28,293 nt of DNA from a virus (IMGVR_UViG_3300048577_000235:1-28293), one strand, 5' to 3'; shown: positions 16,712-24,794, counted from the first letter of the stretch. Made by a program: numbers and translations. The notes: a model not told the origin generated them from the sequence alone.

Positions 16712-17224
16712 CTACCGCGCAACCGCGCCGGAGAAGTCGTCAGCGCAATGCACGCTGTCCCGAAACGCGTGCTCCGGGCAGCGCCGCCAAAACCCTTGCG
16801 GCAGCGTGCGGCCGCAGACGACGCAATGCCGCTTTTTGGGCTTTTGCGGCGCGGTCTGTTCGCATTGCGGGCACAGCTTTGGACTGCCGCCTGCGCGCGG
16901 GGTGAACTTGGCCAGACAAACGGAGCAAGGCCGATCCTTGCGCGGCTTGGCGGCCGCCTTCGGCGTGGCTGGATCGCTTCTCGGGGGCTGTTCCAAGGCC
17001 GTTTCCAGCTCGGCGACGCGCGCCCGCAGCCGGCACACCTCGTCAACCGTCGGATAGGCCAACGCCGTTAGCTCCTCGGGGCTGCGCCGCACGGTCCGCA
17101 TCCCGTCCCGCAGGACGTACTTGCGGCCTTGCAGCGCCAGGCCATAGCGCGATCCGCGTTTGCGGACGCGCCCTGTCGGCGTGATCTCGTAGGCTTCCAA
17201 GCCTGGGATGATGCGCCATTCCAT
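16712..17224 (-). CDS. NUMOD4-like N-terminus plus Zn-ribbon protein
   Basis: EWRIIPGLEAYEITPTGRVR is NUMOD4-like; three CxxC pairs plus CPEH; no HNH motif seen. Confidence 0.7.
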   Translation of the reverse strand: MEWRIIPGLEAYEITPTGRVRKRGSRYGLALQGRKYVLRDGMRTVRRSPEELTALAYPTVDEVCRLRARVAELETALEQPPRSDPATPKAAAKPRKDRPCSVCLAKFTPRAGGSPKLCPQCEQTAPQKPKKRHCVVCGRTLPQGFWRRCPEHAFRDSVHCADDFSGAVAR

Positions 17225-17237
17225 GACTTTTCCTTTT

Positions 17238-17296
17238 GGCTGCTCATCAGGCCCGGGCCGCCACGCCCGGACGACCGCCCACGCGGACGGTTTCGC
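17238..17296 (-). ncRNA. Hammerhead ribozyme, type II (copy 1)
   Basis: Minus strand: GC-GAAAC-CGUCC gcgu GGGCG-GUC^-GUCCGGGC guggcg GCCCGGGC-CUGAUGA-GC agcc; predicted cut at 17273/17272. Confidence 0.92.
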
Positions 17297-17297
17297 G

Positions 17298-17993
17298 TCA
17301 TTGTTCCAACATGGGGGTGGCGTTGTCGTTGCTCCCCACAGGCTTACCCCATTGCACGCGGCGACCTTCTTCCAGCCCTGCCTGATATGCTTTCGTCGGG
17401 CGGACCTTTTTCACCGGAGCCATTTTCACAAGATCAGGATACTTGCTTTCGATGTAGCTTTCGGTGATCTTGCTCTTGACAGGGACCAACGCTTTCTCTT
17501 GCTTGGATTGCTCGTTGCTTTGGTACGCGCGCAATCTCCCGGCCAAAGCGGTTGCAAAACCCATCCTCCACTGGTTCTTTTGTCTCTCCTTCTTCTTGTG
17601 CATCCCAGGGCATGACTTTCCAACGCGGTAAAGAAAGTCAAACGTATAAGATGCCAACGAGACATCCGGCTCGACACCGACGAATACAATGCACCGCCTG
17701 TCGTTAACGCGGCTAAAAAAACCTTCAACGCCAAACCCCGTCCGCACGCCGCCAAACAGAAGTTTGACCCACGATGGCGCGTGTGACGTTGCCAGGGACT
17801 GCCTGCGCTCCCTGCACAACAACGACTTTTTGGAAGCTTGCAACTCAACGTCGGACATGGTGAGGCTGTATTCTGACAGCAACTCTCTGGCTTTCATGGC
17901 CGCACTTTGTGCTTCTTCTTGGGTACCCGCGCCACTAGACAAGTCGAACAACTTTCGTACGATGCGCAGTATTCTTTCCTGTTCTCCGTTCAT
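17298..17993 (-). CDS. DUF2786 domain protein
   Basis: ILRIVRKLFDLS..TQEEAQSAAMKARELLSEYSL and AYQAGLEEGR motifs; visibly lower GC than neighbouring genes. Confidence 0.85.
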   Translation of the reverse strand: MNGEQERILRIVRKLFDLSSGAGTQEEAQSAAMKARELLSEYSLTMSDVELQASKKSLLCRERRQSLATSHAPSWVKLLFGGVRTGFGVEGFFSRVNDRRCIVFVGVEPDVSLASYTFDFLYRVGKSCPGMHKKKERQKNQWRMGFATALAGRLRAYQSNEQSKQEKALVPVKSKITESYIESKYPDLVKMAPVKKVRPTKAYQAGLEEGRRVQWGKPVGSNDNATPMLEQ

Positions 17994-18005
17994 TTCCTCT
18001 TCCTA

Positions 18006-18065
18006 GGCTGCTCGTCAGGCCCGGGCCGCCACGCCCGGACGACCGCCCGCATGGGGCGGTTTCGC
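18006..18065 (-). ncRNA. Hammerhead ribozyme, type II (copy 2)
   Basis: Minus strand: GC-GAAAC-CGCCC caugc GGGCG-GUC^-GUCCGGGC guggcg GCCCGGGC-CUGACGA-GC agcc; predicted cut at 18041/18040. Confidence 0.92.
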
Positions 18066-18070
18066 AAGGA

Positions 18071-18346
18071 TCAGGCGGTCAGGGCATCCTTGAGGGGCTT
18101 CCCGGGCTGAAACTTCACGCTCCGCTTGGCCTGGATGTCGATTTCGTCGCCGGTCCGGGGATTGCGGCCCTTGCGTTCTTTGCGGGTGACCGGCTCCAGA
18201 TGCCCCAGGCCAGGCAGGACGACTTTGCGGCCGGCGCACAACGCGCCCATGACGCACTTGGTCAGAGTGTCCAGCCACCGTTCCGCCTGGGCCTTGCTCA
18301 CGCCTTCATGCTCGGCGAGGCAGTTGACCAGATCAGCCTTGTTCAT
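18071..18346 (-). CDS. HU-family DNA-binding protein (phage-encoded)
   Basis: MNKADLV, RKERKGRNPRTG and VKFQPGKPLKDAL. Confidence 0.95.
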   Translation of the reverse strand: MNKADLVNCLAEHEGVSKAQAERWLDTLTKCVMGALCAGRKVVLPGLGHLEPVTRKERKGRNPRTGDEIDIQAKRSVKFQPGKPLKDALTA

Positions 18347-18876
18347 GCCGCAACCTCCTTGATCGATTCACCTTTGAGTTCGTAATAGAATTCATCCTCG
18401 GCCACCTTGCGGACGCCGACCGTCTTCAGACGTTCTTCCGGCCAGTCGCGCATGGCTTCCTTGTCCACCTCGACCTTGGTGCGCAGCGCTTCGCGGAAAG
18501 GCTCGCCCGCATCGCCCTCGGCCAGTTCCTGGAGCCGTTCCAGCACCAGTTTCCAGGTCCACTTCACCAGGGTCTTGAGCTTGGTGGACTGCCGGAAGCC
18601 CAGGACGCCGAAGGTCATTTCCAGGGACTTCTTTTTCGGGAACAGATCGTCCTTGCGGGCCGTCGCGAAGTTGGCCAGGGCCGCTTCCAGGTCTTTCTTG
18701 CGGTTCAGCAGTGGTTCAGACTGCGCCTTGGCCTCGGCCTTGATCCGGTCGATGGAGTCGTTCATGACGCACTCCAGGGCGGCCACGTCGCGCTGGATGC
18801 CGGCCAGTTCGGCCAGGGCCGCGTCCACGTCCTTGACGTCGGCCAACACGGCGACCTTCGGTTTCGTTCTAGCCAT
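18343..18876 (-). CDS. gam: Mu Gam-like host-nuclease inhibitor
   Basis: DVDAALAEL, KKSLEMTFGVLGFRQS, EVDKEAM and FYYE match the Gam family; after MuB. Confidence 0.88.
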   Translation of the reverse strand: MARTKPKVAVLADVKDVDAALAELAGIQRDVAALECVMNDSIDRIKAEAKAQSEPLLNRKKDLEAALANFATARKDDLFPKKKSLEMTFGVLGFRQSTKLKTLVKWTWKLVLERLQELAEGDAGEPFREALRTKVEVDKEAMRDWPEERLKTVGVRKVAEDEFYYELKGESIKEVAA

Positions 18877-19489
18877 GGGACACCTCCTCTTCCTCCTTCT
18901 CGAACCGGGCCAGGATGGCCCGGCAGTTGTCGACGATCTTGGCGCGGACGGCCGGTTGGTAGGGGTCGCGCTCCATGAAGGCCCGCACCAGTCGGCAGGC
19001 CGCGTTGCGCTCGATCTCGAAAGGATCGGCGGAATCCTGGGGAGGATATGGCGTGTTCACCGTGTCCTTGGCCCGAAGCGTGGCCCGGAAAAGGTGCGTC
19101 GCCCCATCGCGGCCGTGCCGTTCGACAAAGCCCTCATCAAGGAGCCATTGCCCGTATTTCCGAACGTGGGTGTAGGAAACCCGGGACACCTGGGCGATGC
19201 TTGTCCAGGAAAAGCCAGGTTTTGCAGAACGGATGGCCCGCCAAGCCCGTTGGTAAAACTCCCCGCTGCGCACCCTGGCTTTGGGGTTGTAGGTGTACTT
19301 GCCGTCCTCAATACGGGTCAGTTCCGCGCGCTTGATGAGGTCATTTATCCGTGAGCGCAGCCGGGCCTTGGCCGGCTCGTTGTCCAACCCCATGGCCTCG
19401 TAAAGCAGGGCATTGGTGACCGGCTCCTTGCCGTTGACCGTAAGGCCCTGGATGACCAGGCGCAGGCGATCCATCTCCTCGGTTCTCAT
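18869..19489 (-). CDS. Hypothetical winged-helix-like protein
   Basis: 206 aa; ATGA overlap with the ATPase gene; two wHTH-like segments. Confidence 0.7.
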   Translation of the reverse strand: MRTEEMDRLRLVIQGLTVNGKEPVTNALLYEAMGLDNEPAKARLRSRINDLIKRAELTRIEDGKYTYNPKARVRSGEFYQRAWRAIRSAKPGFSWTSIAQVSRVSYTHVRKYGQWLLDEGFVERHGRDGATHLFRATLRAKDTVNTPYPPQDSADPFEIERNAACRLVRAFMERDPYQPAVRAKIVDNCRAILARFEKEEEEVSHG

Positions 19490-20208
19490 GCCCGCCTCCA
19501 GCTCTTCAGCTTCTGGATCGCCGCCACCATGGCCGCGTCGACCTTGTCGGTCTCGCGGGCCTTGGCCGCCTGCCCCAGCAACTGCACCATGTTGCGAACC
19601 AGCCGCATGTCGCCATCCGAGGTGGCCCGCACCATGGTGCAGGCTTCGGGCGTCATGTCGAGGCCGACAGCTTCAAAGGCAAAGGCTGCAATGTCGGCTT
19701 CATCCACAGGCCCGAAGGCAACTTCCTGGGTCACGCGGGACCAGATTCGGCGGCGCTCGGACAGGAGCCCAATAAGTTCTTCCTCGCCGATCAGGATCAC
19801 GGCCGCGCCAGTCGCCTCGTGGATGTCGCGCAAGTCCTCGATGCGCCCGAAGTGCAAGCGGTCGGCCTCGTCCATGTAGATGGTGACGGTCTGCCCCTGG
19901 TCGCGCCGCTTTTCCAAGGTTTCGATGATGCGAACCTTGCAGGCATGGGCGGAACGCGGCGTTGTCTTTTCTCCCGTCGTCTCCTTGCAAAGCCGTCCCA
20001 GGAAGGCGGCTTGCGTCATCCCCTCCCAGGCAGAGAGGAAGACCCCACCGCGTTCGGAGTGAGAGTTGCGCGCGGTAAACGTCTTGCCCCGGCCGGCCTG
20101 TCCCCAGGCCACGACAATGCCGGGCTGTCCGCGCTGGGTGTCCTCGACGGTCAGCACGGCCCGCCGAAAGGCGGTCACATTGCCCGTCTCCACAAAAACC
20201 GATTTCAT
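19486..20208 (-). CDS. MuB-like AAA ATPase (transposition helper)
   Basis: Walker A GQAGRGKT, Walker B IYMDEAD, LRDIHE; ATG 20208 with AGGAG overlaps the transposase stop. Confidence 0.92.
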   Translation of the reverse strand: MKSVFVETGNVTAFRRAVLTVEDTQRGQPGIVVAWGQAGRGKTFTARNSHSERGGVFLSAWEGMTQAAFLGRLCKETTGEKTTPRSAHACKVRIIETLEKRRDQGQTVTIYMDEADRLHFGRIEDLRDIHEATGAAVILIGEEELIGLLSERRRIWSRVTQEVAFGPVDEADIAAFAFEAVGLDMTPEACTMVRATSDGDMRLVRNMVQLLGQAAKARETDKVDAAMVAAIQKLKSWRRA

Positions 20209-22328
20209 GCGTCTCCTCCCCCGTTGGCGGCCAAGCGGCGGCGTTCGTAGACCGTGCGCAAGCGCGCGTAACGTCCAGCCGCGCAGGCCGCGTATTCCTC
20301 GGTTTGCTCGTAGCGGACCATCCAAGCGGCGTCGGGCTCACGCAGGGCCACGCCGTCCCGAACGGCCAAGTTGAAAAGGTATTCGTAGCGGTCGAGTTCG
20401 CTGACGATGGCGGGCATTTGCGCCGGCGGCACATAGGCCGGTGCGGCTTCGAGCTTGGCCCTGGCCGCGCTTTTGGCGGCCTCGATGCTCGTGACGTCCG
20501 GCGTGCGAGGGGCCGACGAAACGGCCGGCGCAGCCTTGGCCGCGTCCTTGGCAGCCACCAAGCGCATCCGGTGTTGTGTCTCGGGCAGAACGACAGTGTT
20601 GAGGAAATCCCGAGCATCGGCAGTGACGTGGTTTTCAAGAGCCTTTTTGTAGGCGATCTCGGATTCCAACACGGCCTTGTCCTCGGGCGTGCCGAGCAGC
20701 GCCGCCGCCGGATGGACAGACGGGGCCGGGGTAGCCTCGCAGATCAGGTTCTTGCCGGCCTGGTCGTAGACCAGCACTGTCCGCCGGTCCTGGTCGTCGT
20801 AGCGGACAAGGACGGGATGACGCAGGCTGTGCAAGAAGGGGTGGCGGTAATGCTGCCCGAAGAGTTTGACGCCGTTTTGTTCGATCTGCCGAACGGCCTT
20901 GGAAAGCATACACAGCCGCAGCTTAAGTAAATCAGCGTCGGTCAGGCCCGGTCCGGCTCCTTCCTGGAAGACCTCAAACGGCGACCGTCCCTTCAGATGG
21001 CCGCGCTGGGGCCGCCCGGCGTAGTCGTCGAACCACATGGCCACCGCCGCGTGGGTTTCCTCCAGGGTGAGCGGCCTGTAGCCCATGGCCTCGTAGACCT
21101 TGCGGTGCAGGGTCTCGCCCCGCTTGAGGCGCGGTGGCTTGGTGGCGATGGACGTGCCGACGTAGGAAGGGCACCAGCGCTCAAGCTCGCCAAACGACCG
21201 GAAAAAGCGTTCGATGGTCTTGGATTGCCCGTGGTAGGGCCAGGCAAAGATCGTGGCGATGCCGAGCACCTGGAACACGCCGCCAAGGCCGCATTGCTCC
21301 AGGTCAACCCCGGTGAAGAACTTGCCCTTGAACGCCCGGCCGTTGTCCAGATAGGCCACTTTGGGGAACTTCCCGAGGCGCAGGCAGGCCCGACGCAGGG
21401 CCGAGGCGATGGCTTGCGTGTTTTCCGTGGGCAGGATTTCCCAGCCGAGGGGATAGCTTGAGGCCATGTCATACCAGAGCACCAGTTCCATGCGCGTGCC
21501 CTTGCCGGTCTCCGGGTCGATGGTCTCGAAATTGAGGGCATGGCCGTCGGCCACCAGGATGTCGCCCACGCCGATCTTGGTGTAGTCGCGCACGATGTAG
21601 GGGCAACATTCGTCGTTCCAGGCTTTCTTGCCTTTGCGCGAATACACGAATTCCCCATAGTTCTTGGCGATCCACTTTTTCACGAAGCGGTGGATGGTGA
21701 TCTCGGAGCAAGGCGGCAGGCCGGCCGGCTTGAAGGCCTTGAGCGCTTCGCGGCAGACTTCGGCGATATTCGGCTGGTTGGGATGCCGGACCAAGGCGGT
21801 GATGATGGTCTGGTGCGCCACGGTAAGGATCGGCTCGACGCGAACCCCGCCGCGCGTGTCGGCCAGGGACAGGGCAGAGCCGGTGCGGCGCAGCTTGAGC
21901 TTCCAGCGCTCCAGCGATTGCGCGGACACCGCGTCGCCAAGCACTTCCGTGATCTTCGGCCACACCCCGGCCCGGTAGGCCGAGAGAAATTCCTTTTGGG
22001 CTATCCCCTTGCGGGGAGCCCGGGCCATGGCTTCGGTGTAGAGCCGCACCAGGTCCGCCCTGGCCAAGGCTCCGCGCCGCTGGTCTTCGGTCAAGGCCGT
22101 TTCGTCGGCCGCGACGGCGGCGGGTAAGGTTGCCCCTTCATAAGCGGTCAGGGCATCCCGGACTTCGGCAGGTAGGGAAGCGGCCAGATAGGACTTCTCC
22201 CGCCAGCCTTTGCCTGTCCCGGCCTGTTCAGCGACAACCCAACCGGCCTTGTTCGCCCGGCCACTGACCGCCCGAGGCGTCAATTCCAGGGCCGAGGCCA
22301 GTTCACTTGTGGTGTAAGCATCTTTCAT
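20205..22328 (-). CDS. MuA-like DDE transposase
   Basis: N-terminal HTH; VADGH, YLDNGRAF and SKTIERFF catalytic triad; C-terminal VRYDDQD Mu-transposase region. Confidence 0.95.
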   Translation of the reverse strand: MKDAYTTSELASALELTPRAVSGRANKAGWVVAEQAGTGKGWREKSYLAASLPAEVRDALTAYEGATLPAAVAADETALTEDQRRGALARADLVRLYTEAMARAPRKGIAQKEFLSAYRAGVWPKITEVLGDAVSAQSLERWKLKLRRTGSALSLADTRGGVRVEPILTVAHQTIITALVRHPNQPNIAEVCREALKAFKPAGLPPCSEITIHRFVKKWIAKNYGEFVYSRKGKKAWNDECCPYIVRDYTKIGVGDILVADGHALNFETIDPETGKGTRMELVLWYDMASSYPLGWEILPTENTQAIASALRRACLRLGKFPKVAYLDNGRAFKGKFFTGVDLEQCGLGGVFQVLGIATIFAWPYHGQSKTIERFFRSFGELERWCPSYVGTSIATKPPRLKRGETLHRKVYEAMGYRPLTLEETHAAVAMWFDDYAGRPQRGHLKGRSPFEVFQEGAGPGLTDADLLKLRLCMLSKAVRQIEQNGVKLFGQHYRHPFLHSLRHPVLVRYDDQDRRTVLVYDQAGKNLICEATPAPSVHPAAALLGTPEDKAVLESEIAYKKALENHVTADARDFLNTVVLPETQHRMRLVAAKDAAKAAPAVSSAPRTPDVTSIEAAKSAARAKLEAAPAYVPPAQMPAIVSELDRYEYLFNLAVRDGVALREPDAAWMVRYEQTEEYAACAAGRYARLRTVYERRRLAANGGGDA

Positions 22329-22354
22329 CGTGTCGCCGTCCGATTCTATCTTCC

Positions 22355-22416
22355 GTGGCTGCTCATCAGGCCGGACGCGCCACCGTCCGACGACCGCCCG
22401 CGCGGGGCGGTTTCGC
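22355..22416 (-). ncRNA. Hammerhead ribozyme, type II (copy 3, MuA leader)
   Basis: Minus strand: GC-GAAAC-CGCCC cgcgc GGGCG-GUC^-GUCGGACG guggcg CGUCCGGC-CUGAUGA-GC agccac; predicted cut at 22392/22391. Confidence 0.92.
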
Positions 22417-22421
22417 AGAGG

Positions 22422-22619
22422 TTAATTAAAGCCGCTGCCTGTGAAGGCCTCATCCACCGAGCCAATACCACCCTTGGGGGGAGGCACCTTCACCTCGACG
22501 CCGCACACGGCCATCAAGGCGAGCTGGACGGCTGCGTCCGGCAGGCCATTTTGCCTCAAAACCTGGGCAACCTGTCGCAGCTCCTCCGCCAGTCCGGTTG
22601 TCGGCCTCCGCTTGTTCAT
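22422..22619 (-). CDS. Hypothetical protein (65 aa)
   Basis: ATGA overlap with the upstream ORF; MNKRRPTTGLAEEL. Confidence 0.6.
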   Translation of the reverse strand: MNKRRPTTGLAEELRQVAQVLRQNGLPDAAVQLALMAVCGVEVKVPPPKGGIGSVDEAFTGSGFN

Positions 22620-22894
22620 TGCGTCACCAACAAGAGAGTATGGCCCTGTTCCTGGCATCTGCGACGTAAGGCGACATGGGCGGATCGAAAACCGTCCCGC
22701 GTGAGACAGAAAAACACGCCCACCGACGCGTCATCGAACGCATCAATGTCGAACTGTCCTTTTTCAAAGAAAGGCTTCTCGTCGGCAGGAGCCGCCACAA
22801 GATAGCCGACCAGTCCGCTCGTCGGTTCGACGGGCAATTCAGAGACGCCGCAAAGCTTGGGGTCCACTCGCCACATGTCCATGACCATTTGCAT
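22616..22894 (-). CDS. Hypothetical protein (92 aa)
   Basis: GGAGG RBS before ATG 22894. Confidence 0.65.
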   Translation of the reverse strand: MQMVMDMWRVDPKLCGVSELPVEPTSGLVGYLVAAPADEKPFFEKGQFDIDAFDDASVGVFFCLTRDGFRSAHVALRRRCQEQGHTLLLVTQ

Positions 22895-22921
22895 CGTCTG
22901 TCCTCCCGTTTGCTTTGATAT

Positions 22922-23026
22922 TTTCCGCACCCCCGCAGGGGATGGCGATCGTGTCGCTCTGCCTCTCGCGCCGGGTGGACTGGCGGTCTTGCCGCTCGGC
23001 CCCTGGCTGCCGCGAAGGCGCGGAAA
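22922..23026 (-). ncRNA. Putative structured RNA element of unknown family
   Basis: 17-bp closing stem (23026-23010 with 22938-22922), fully paired on the minus strand with 4 G-U pairs, enclosing further small hairpins. Confidence 0.5.
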
Positions 23027-23037
23027 TTCCTGGCGGC

Positions 23038-23256
23038 CTAGGCCGCTTGCTTGCCTTTCATGTCCGCCGGCAGATCGAGCAGCCGGGCAGGGCAACCGGC
23101 GTCCAACAGCGCTTGCAGCGCCCGGCGGTTGTTGCGTTTGCCGTGAATGGTGTCGGACACCAGCGAATGCGAAATGTCGGCTTTACGTGCGATTTCATTA
23201 ACTTTGATCTTCTTCTCGGCCATCCAGCCTTTGATTTTGTTGCCTGCGCGTCTCAT
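23038..23256 (-). CDS. Ner/Cro-like HTH regulator
   Basis: 72 aa; IKVNEIARKADISHSLVSDTIHGKR HTH; early-operon position; ATG 23256. Confidence 0.8.
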   Translation of the reverse strand: MRRAGNKIKGWMAEKKIKVNEIARKADISHSLVSDTIHGKRNNRRALQALLDAGCPARLLDLPADMKGKQAA

Positions 23257-23687
23257 AATCCCGCCTCGATTTTCCGTTTGCGTTCGCGCAAGAGCTTGAT
23301 CTCCCGTTCGGTGCGGGCCAGCTCCAAGAGCTTCGCGTCGTCGCCGTCGATGACCCGCCACCCCAGACCGTGAGACCGGGCCAGGATGTCCAGGGGTTCG
23401 GCCGAGCCGAACACGTGGCAAAACAGGTTGAGCGCCCGAACGCTCGGCACGTAGTCGCCTTCTCGCGGATTGAGCCATTTATCGAAGGTGGCCAGGCCAA
23501 GTTCCTTAGCGCTGCCGGCCGCCAACCGTACGCCGAACCGACGCGCGGCGGCGTTGAGTCGGTCGACGGCTTCGGCCCGCGACACCCCGGCCGCCTGGAC
23601 GATCCGATCCATGGACATTGCTATGTCCGCGTCCGGATTGAGCTCGACCAGTTCGAGCAGGCTGAGGCGTCGAGAGTGGGCAGCCAA
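23253..23687 (-). CDS. CII-like / HTH phage regulatory protein
   Basis: LATFDKWLNP..YVPS..LNLFCHVFGS.EPL pattern; first early gene. TTG start is uncertain. Confidence 0.65.
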   Translation of the reverse strand: MAAHSRRLSLLELVELNPDADIAMSMDRIVQAAGVSRAEAVDRLNAAARRFGVRLAAGSAKELGLATFDKWLNPREGDYVPSVRALNLFCHVFGSAEPLDILARSHGLGWRVIDGDDAKLLELARTEREIKLLRERKRKIEAGL

Positions 23688-23794
23688 TTCCGATTGCTCC
23701 GATCCAAAGTTTCCAGGCCGCTGGACATTGAGGATTATTGCCGGCCCTGGTAGCTACGTTCGTAACGGTGACATTCGTCACCCCGTGAGAAGAG

Positions 23795-23894
23795 GATTAG
23801 AGCTAAAAGCGTTGATCGTCAACGCTAAAATGCGCTTCCGAGCATATTGCCTTGCGCTAAAAAGACAAAATTTTGTAACTATTTGTAATAAAAC
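23795..23894. promoter_or_regulatory. Divergent immunity control region (operators / promoters)
   Basis: AT-rich; GCTAAAA at 23802, 23824 and 23856; inverted repeat AGCGTTGA-tcg-TCAACGCT (23808-23826) containing a leftward TTGACG. Confidence 0.55.
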
Positions 23895-24518
23895 ATGATT
23901 CAAGACAAAGGCCAGCCACAAGGCATTTCCCAGCAAATTTCCCAGCATGGCCCAGATGCTGAGAAACACTTCCGCGCGAAATTCAGTCGAGTGTTGACCG
24001 CGTGCGGTGCTCGGAGTGACTCAGAATTGGCCAGGATTCTAGATATTAAGCCGTCGTCAGTCGGTGCGGCAAAACGCAGGATGCAGCTGCCCCCAGGGTG
24101 GGTAGAGCAAATAGCACAAAGTTTTGAGATAAATGCTGATTGGCTCTTCTTCGGCACCGGCCCAATGCGCCGGGGAGAAGCCGCGAAAGAGGCCCCAGCG
24201 CCGGCCCCCGCTCCTGCGGAAGCGTTTTTGACCGCCCCGCAGGAAGAGTTCCGAATGTCGGACATGCTGACTAAAACGGCCGAAGTGCTGGAGTCCGACA
24301 CGATTTACCGGACAGCTTTAGCCAGCAATATCAACGCGTTTCATCAAGCGGTGAGAAGCGAGCGGACGCTCGCGCGAATCGAAGAGCGGATGGCGGAATG
24401 GGAAGCCAAAGCCGACGCGATGGTGAAGCGCATGGAAGAATTAGAGAGAGAAAACAGGGAATTGAAGCAGCGGCTGGAGCCTTCCAGCAGAGACAAGGCG
24501 GTGGGTGCGGAGGGGTAA
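23895..24518 (+). CDS. CI-type phage repressor (HTH plus coiled coil)
   Basis: SDSELARILDIKPSSVG..KRR and INADWLFFGTGPM fit the Phage_CI_repr HTH; divergent from early genes. Confidence 0.88.
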   Translation: MIQDKGQPQGISQQISQHGPDAEKHFRAKFSRVLTACGARSDSELARILDIKPSSVGAAKRRMQLPPGWVEQIAQSFEINADWLFFGTGPMRRGEAAKEAPAPAPAPAEAFLTAPQEEFRMSDMLTKTAEVLESDTIYRTALASNINAFHQAVRSERTLARIEERMAEWEAKADAMVKRMEELERENRELKQRLEPSSRDKAVGAEG

Positions 24519-24618
24519 TCTTATTATTGTATCAAAATGGGCACTTAGCTCTTTTTTTATGCCCATAGCCTTAGACAATTCTATATCTTCGTTGTGTACT
24601 TTTTAGTCTTCCTGCGGT

Positions 24619-24794
24619 TTCTCGTTTTGCCTGATAATTTCACCCCCATTTTTGCCGAATTTCTTATCTTGCTCGTTACGGCCCGCGCGCGCCTGCCCGA
24701 TCCCCCCAGGCCCGCGTCAGTCCTACGTTTAGCCCACGTCCGTCCTGCCCGATCTAACCCCCACGCCACTTCTCACTTTGCCTGACTCCCCATA
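24619..24794. repeat. Prophage end with putative transposase-binding repeats
   Basis: TTCTCGTTTTGCCTGA (24619) and TTCTCACTTTGCCTGA (24770), weaker copies near 24644 and 24661; CA at 24791-24792. Confidence 0.6.

Larger units (their letters stand above)
1..24792 (-). mobile_element. Mu-like transposable prophage (repressor end at ~24792; continues beyond the left edge)
   Basis: Mu gene order: repressor, ner-like, MuA, MuB, gam, lysis, terminase, portal, MuF, protease, capsid, gp36, virion morphogenesis, gp37, tail. End repeats near 24.6-24.8 kb. Confidence 0.95.

Noticed and set aside
16712-17224. HNH homing endonuclease
   Set aside because: NUMOD4-like start only; no HNH catalytic motif visible.
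17238-22416. The three 60-nt repeats as CRISPR repeats, REP elements or terminators
   Set aside because: Dispersed with no spacers and no U-tract; the conserved unpaired positions are exactly the hammerhead core.
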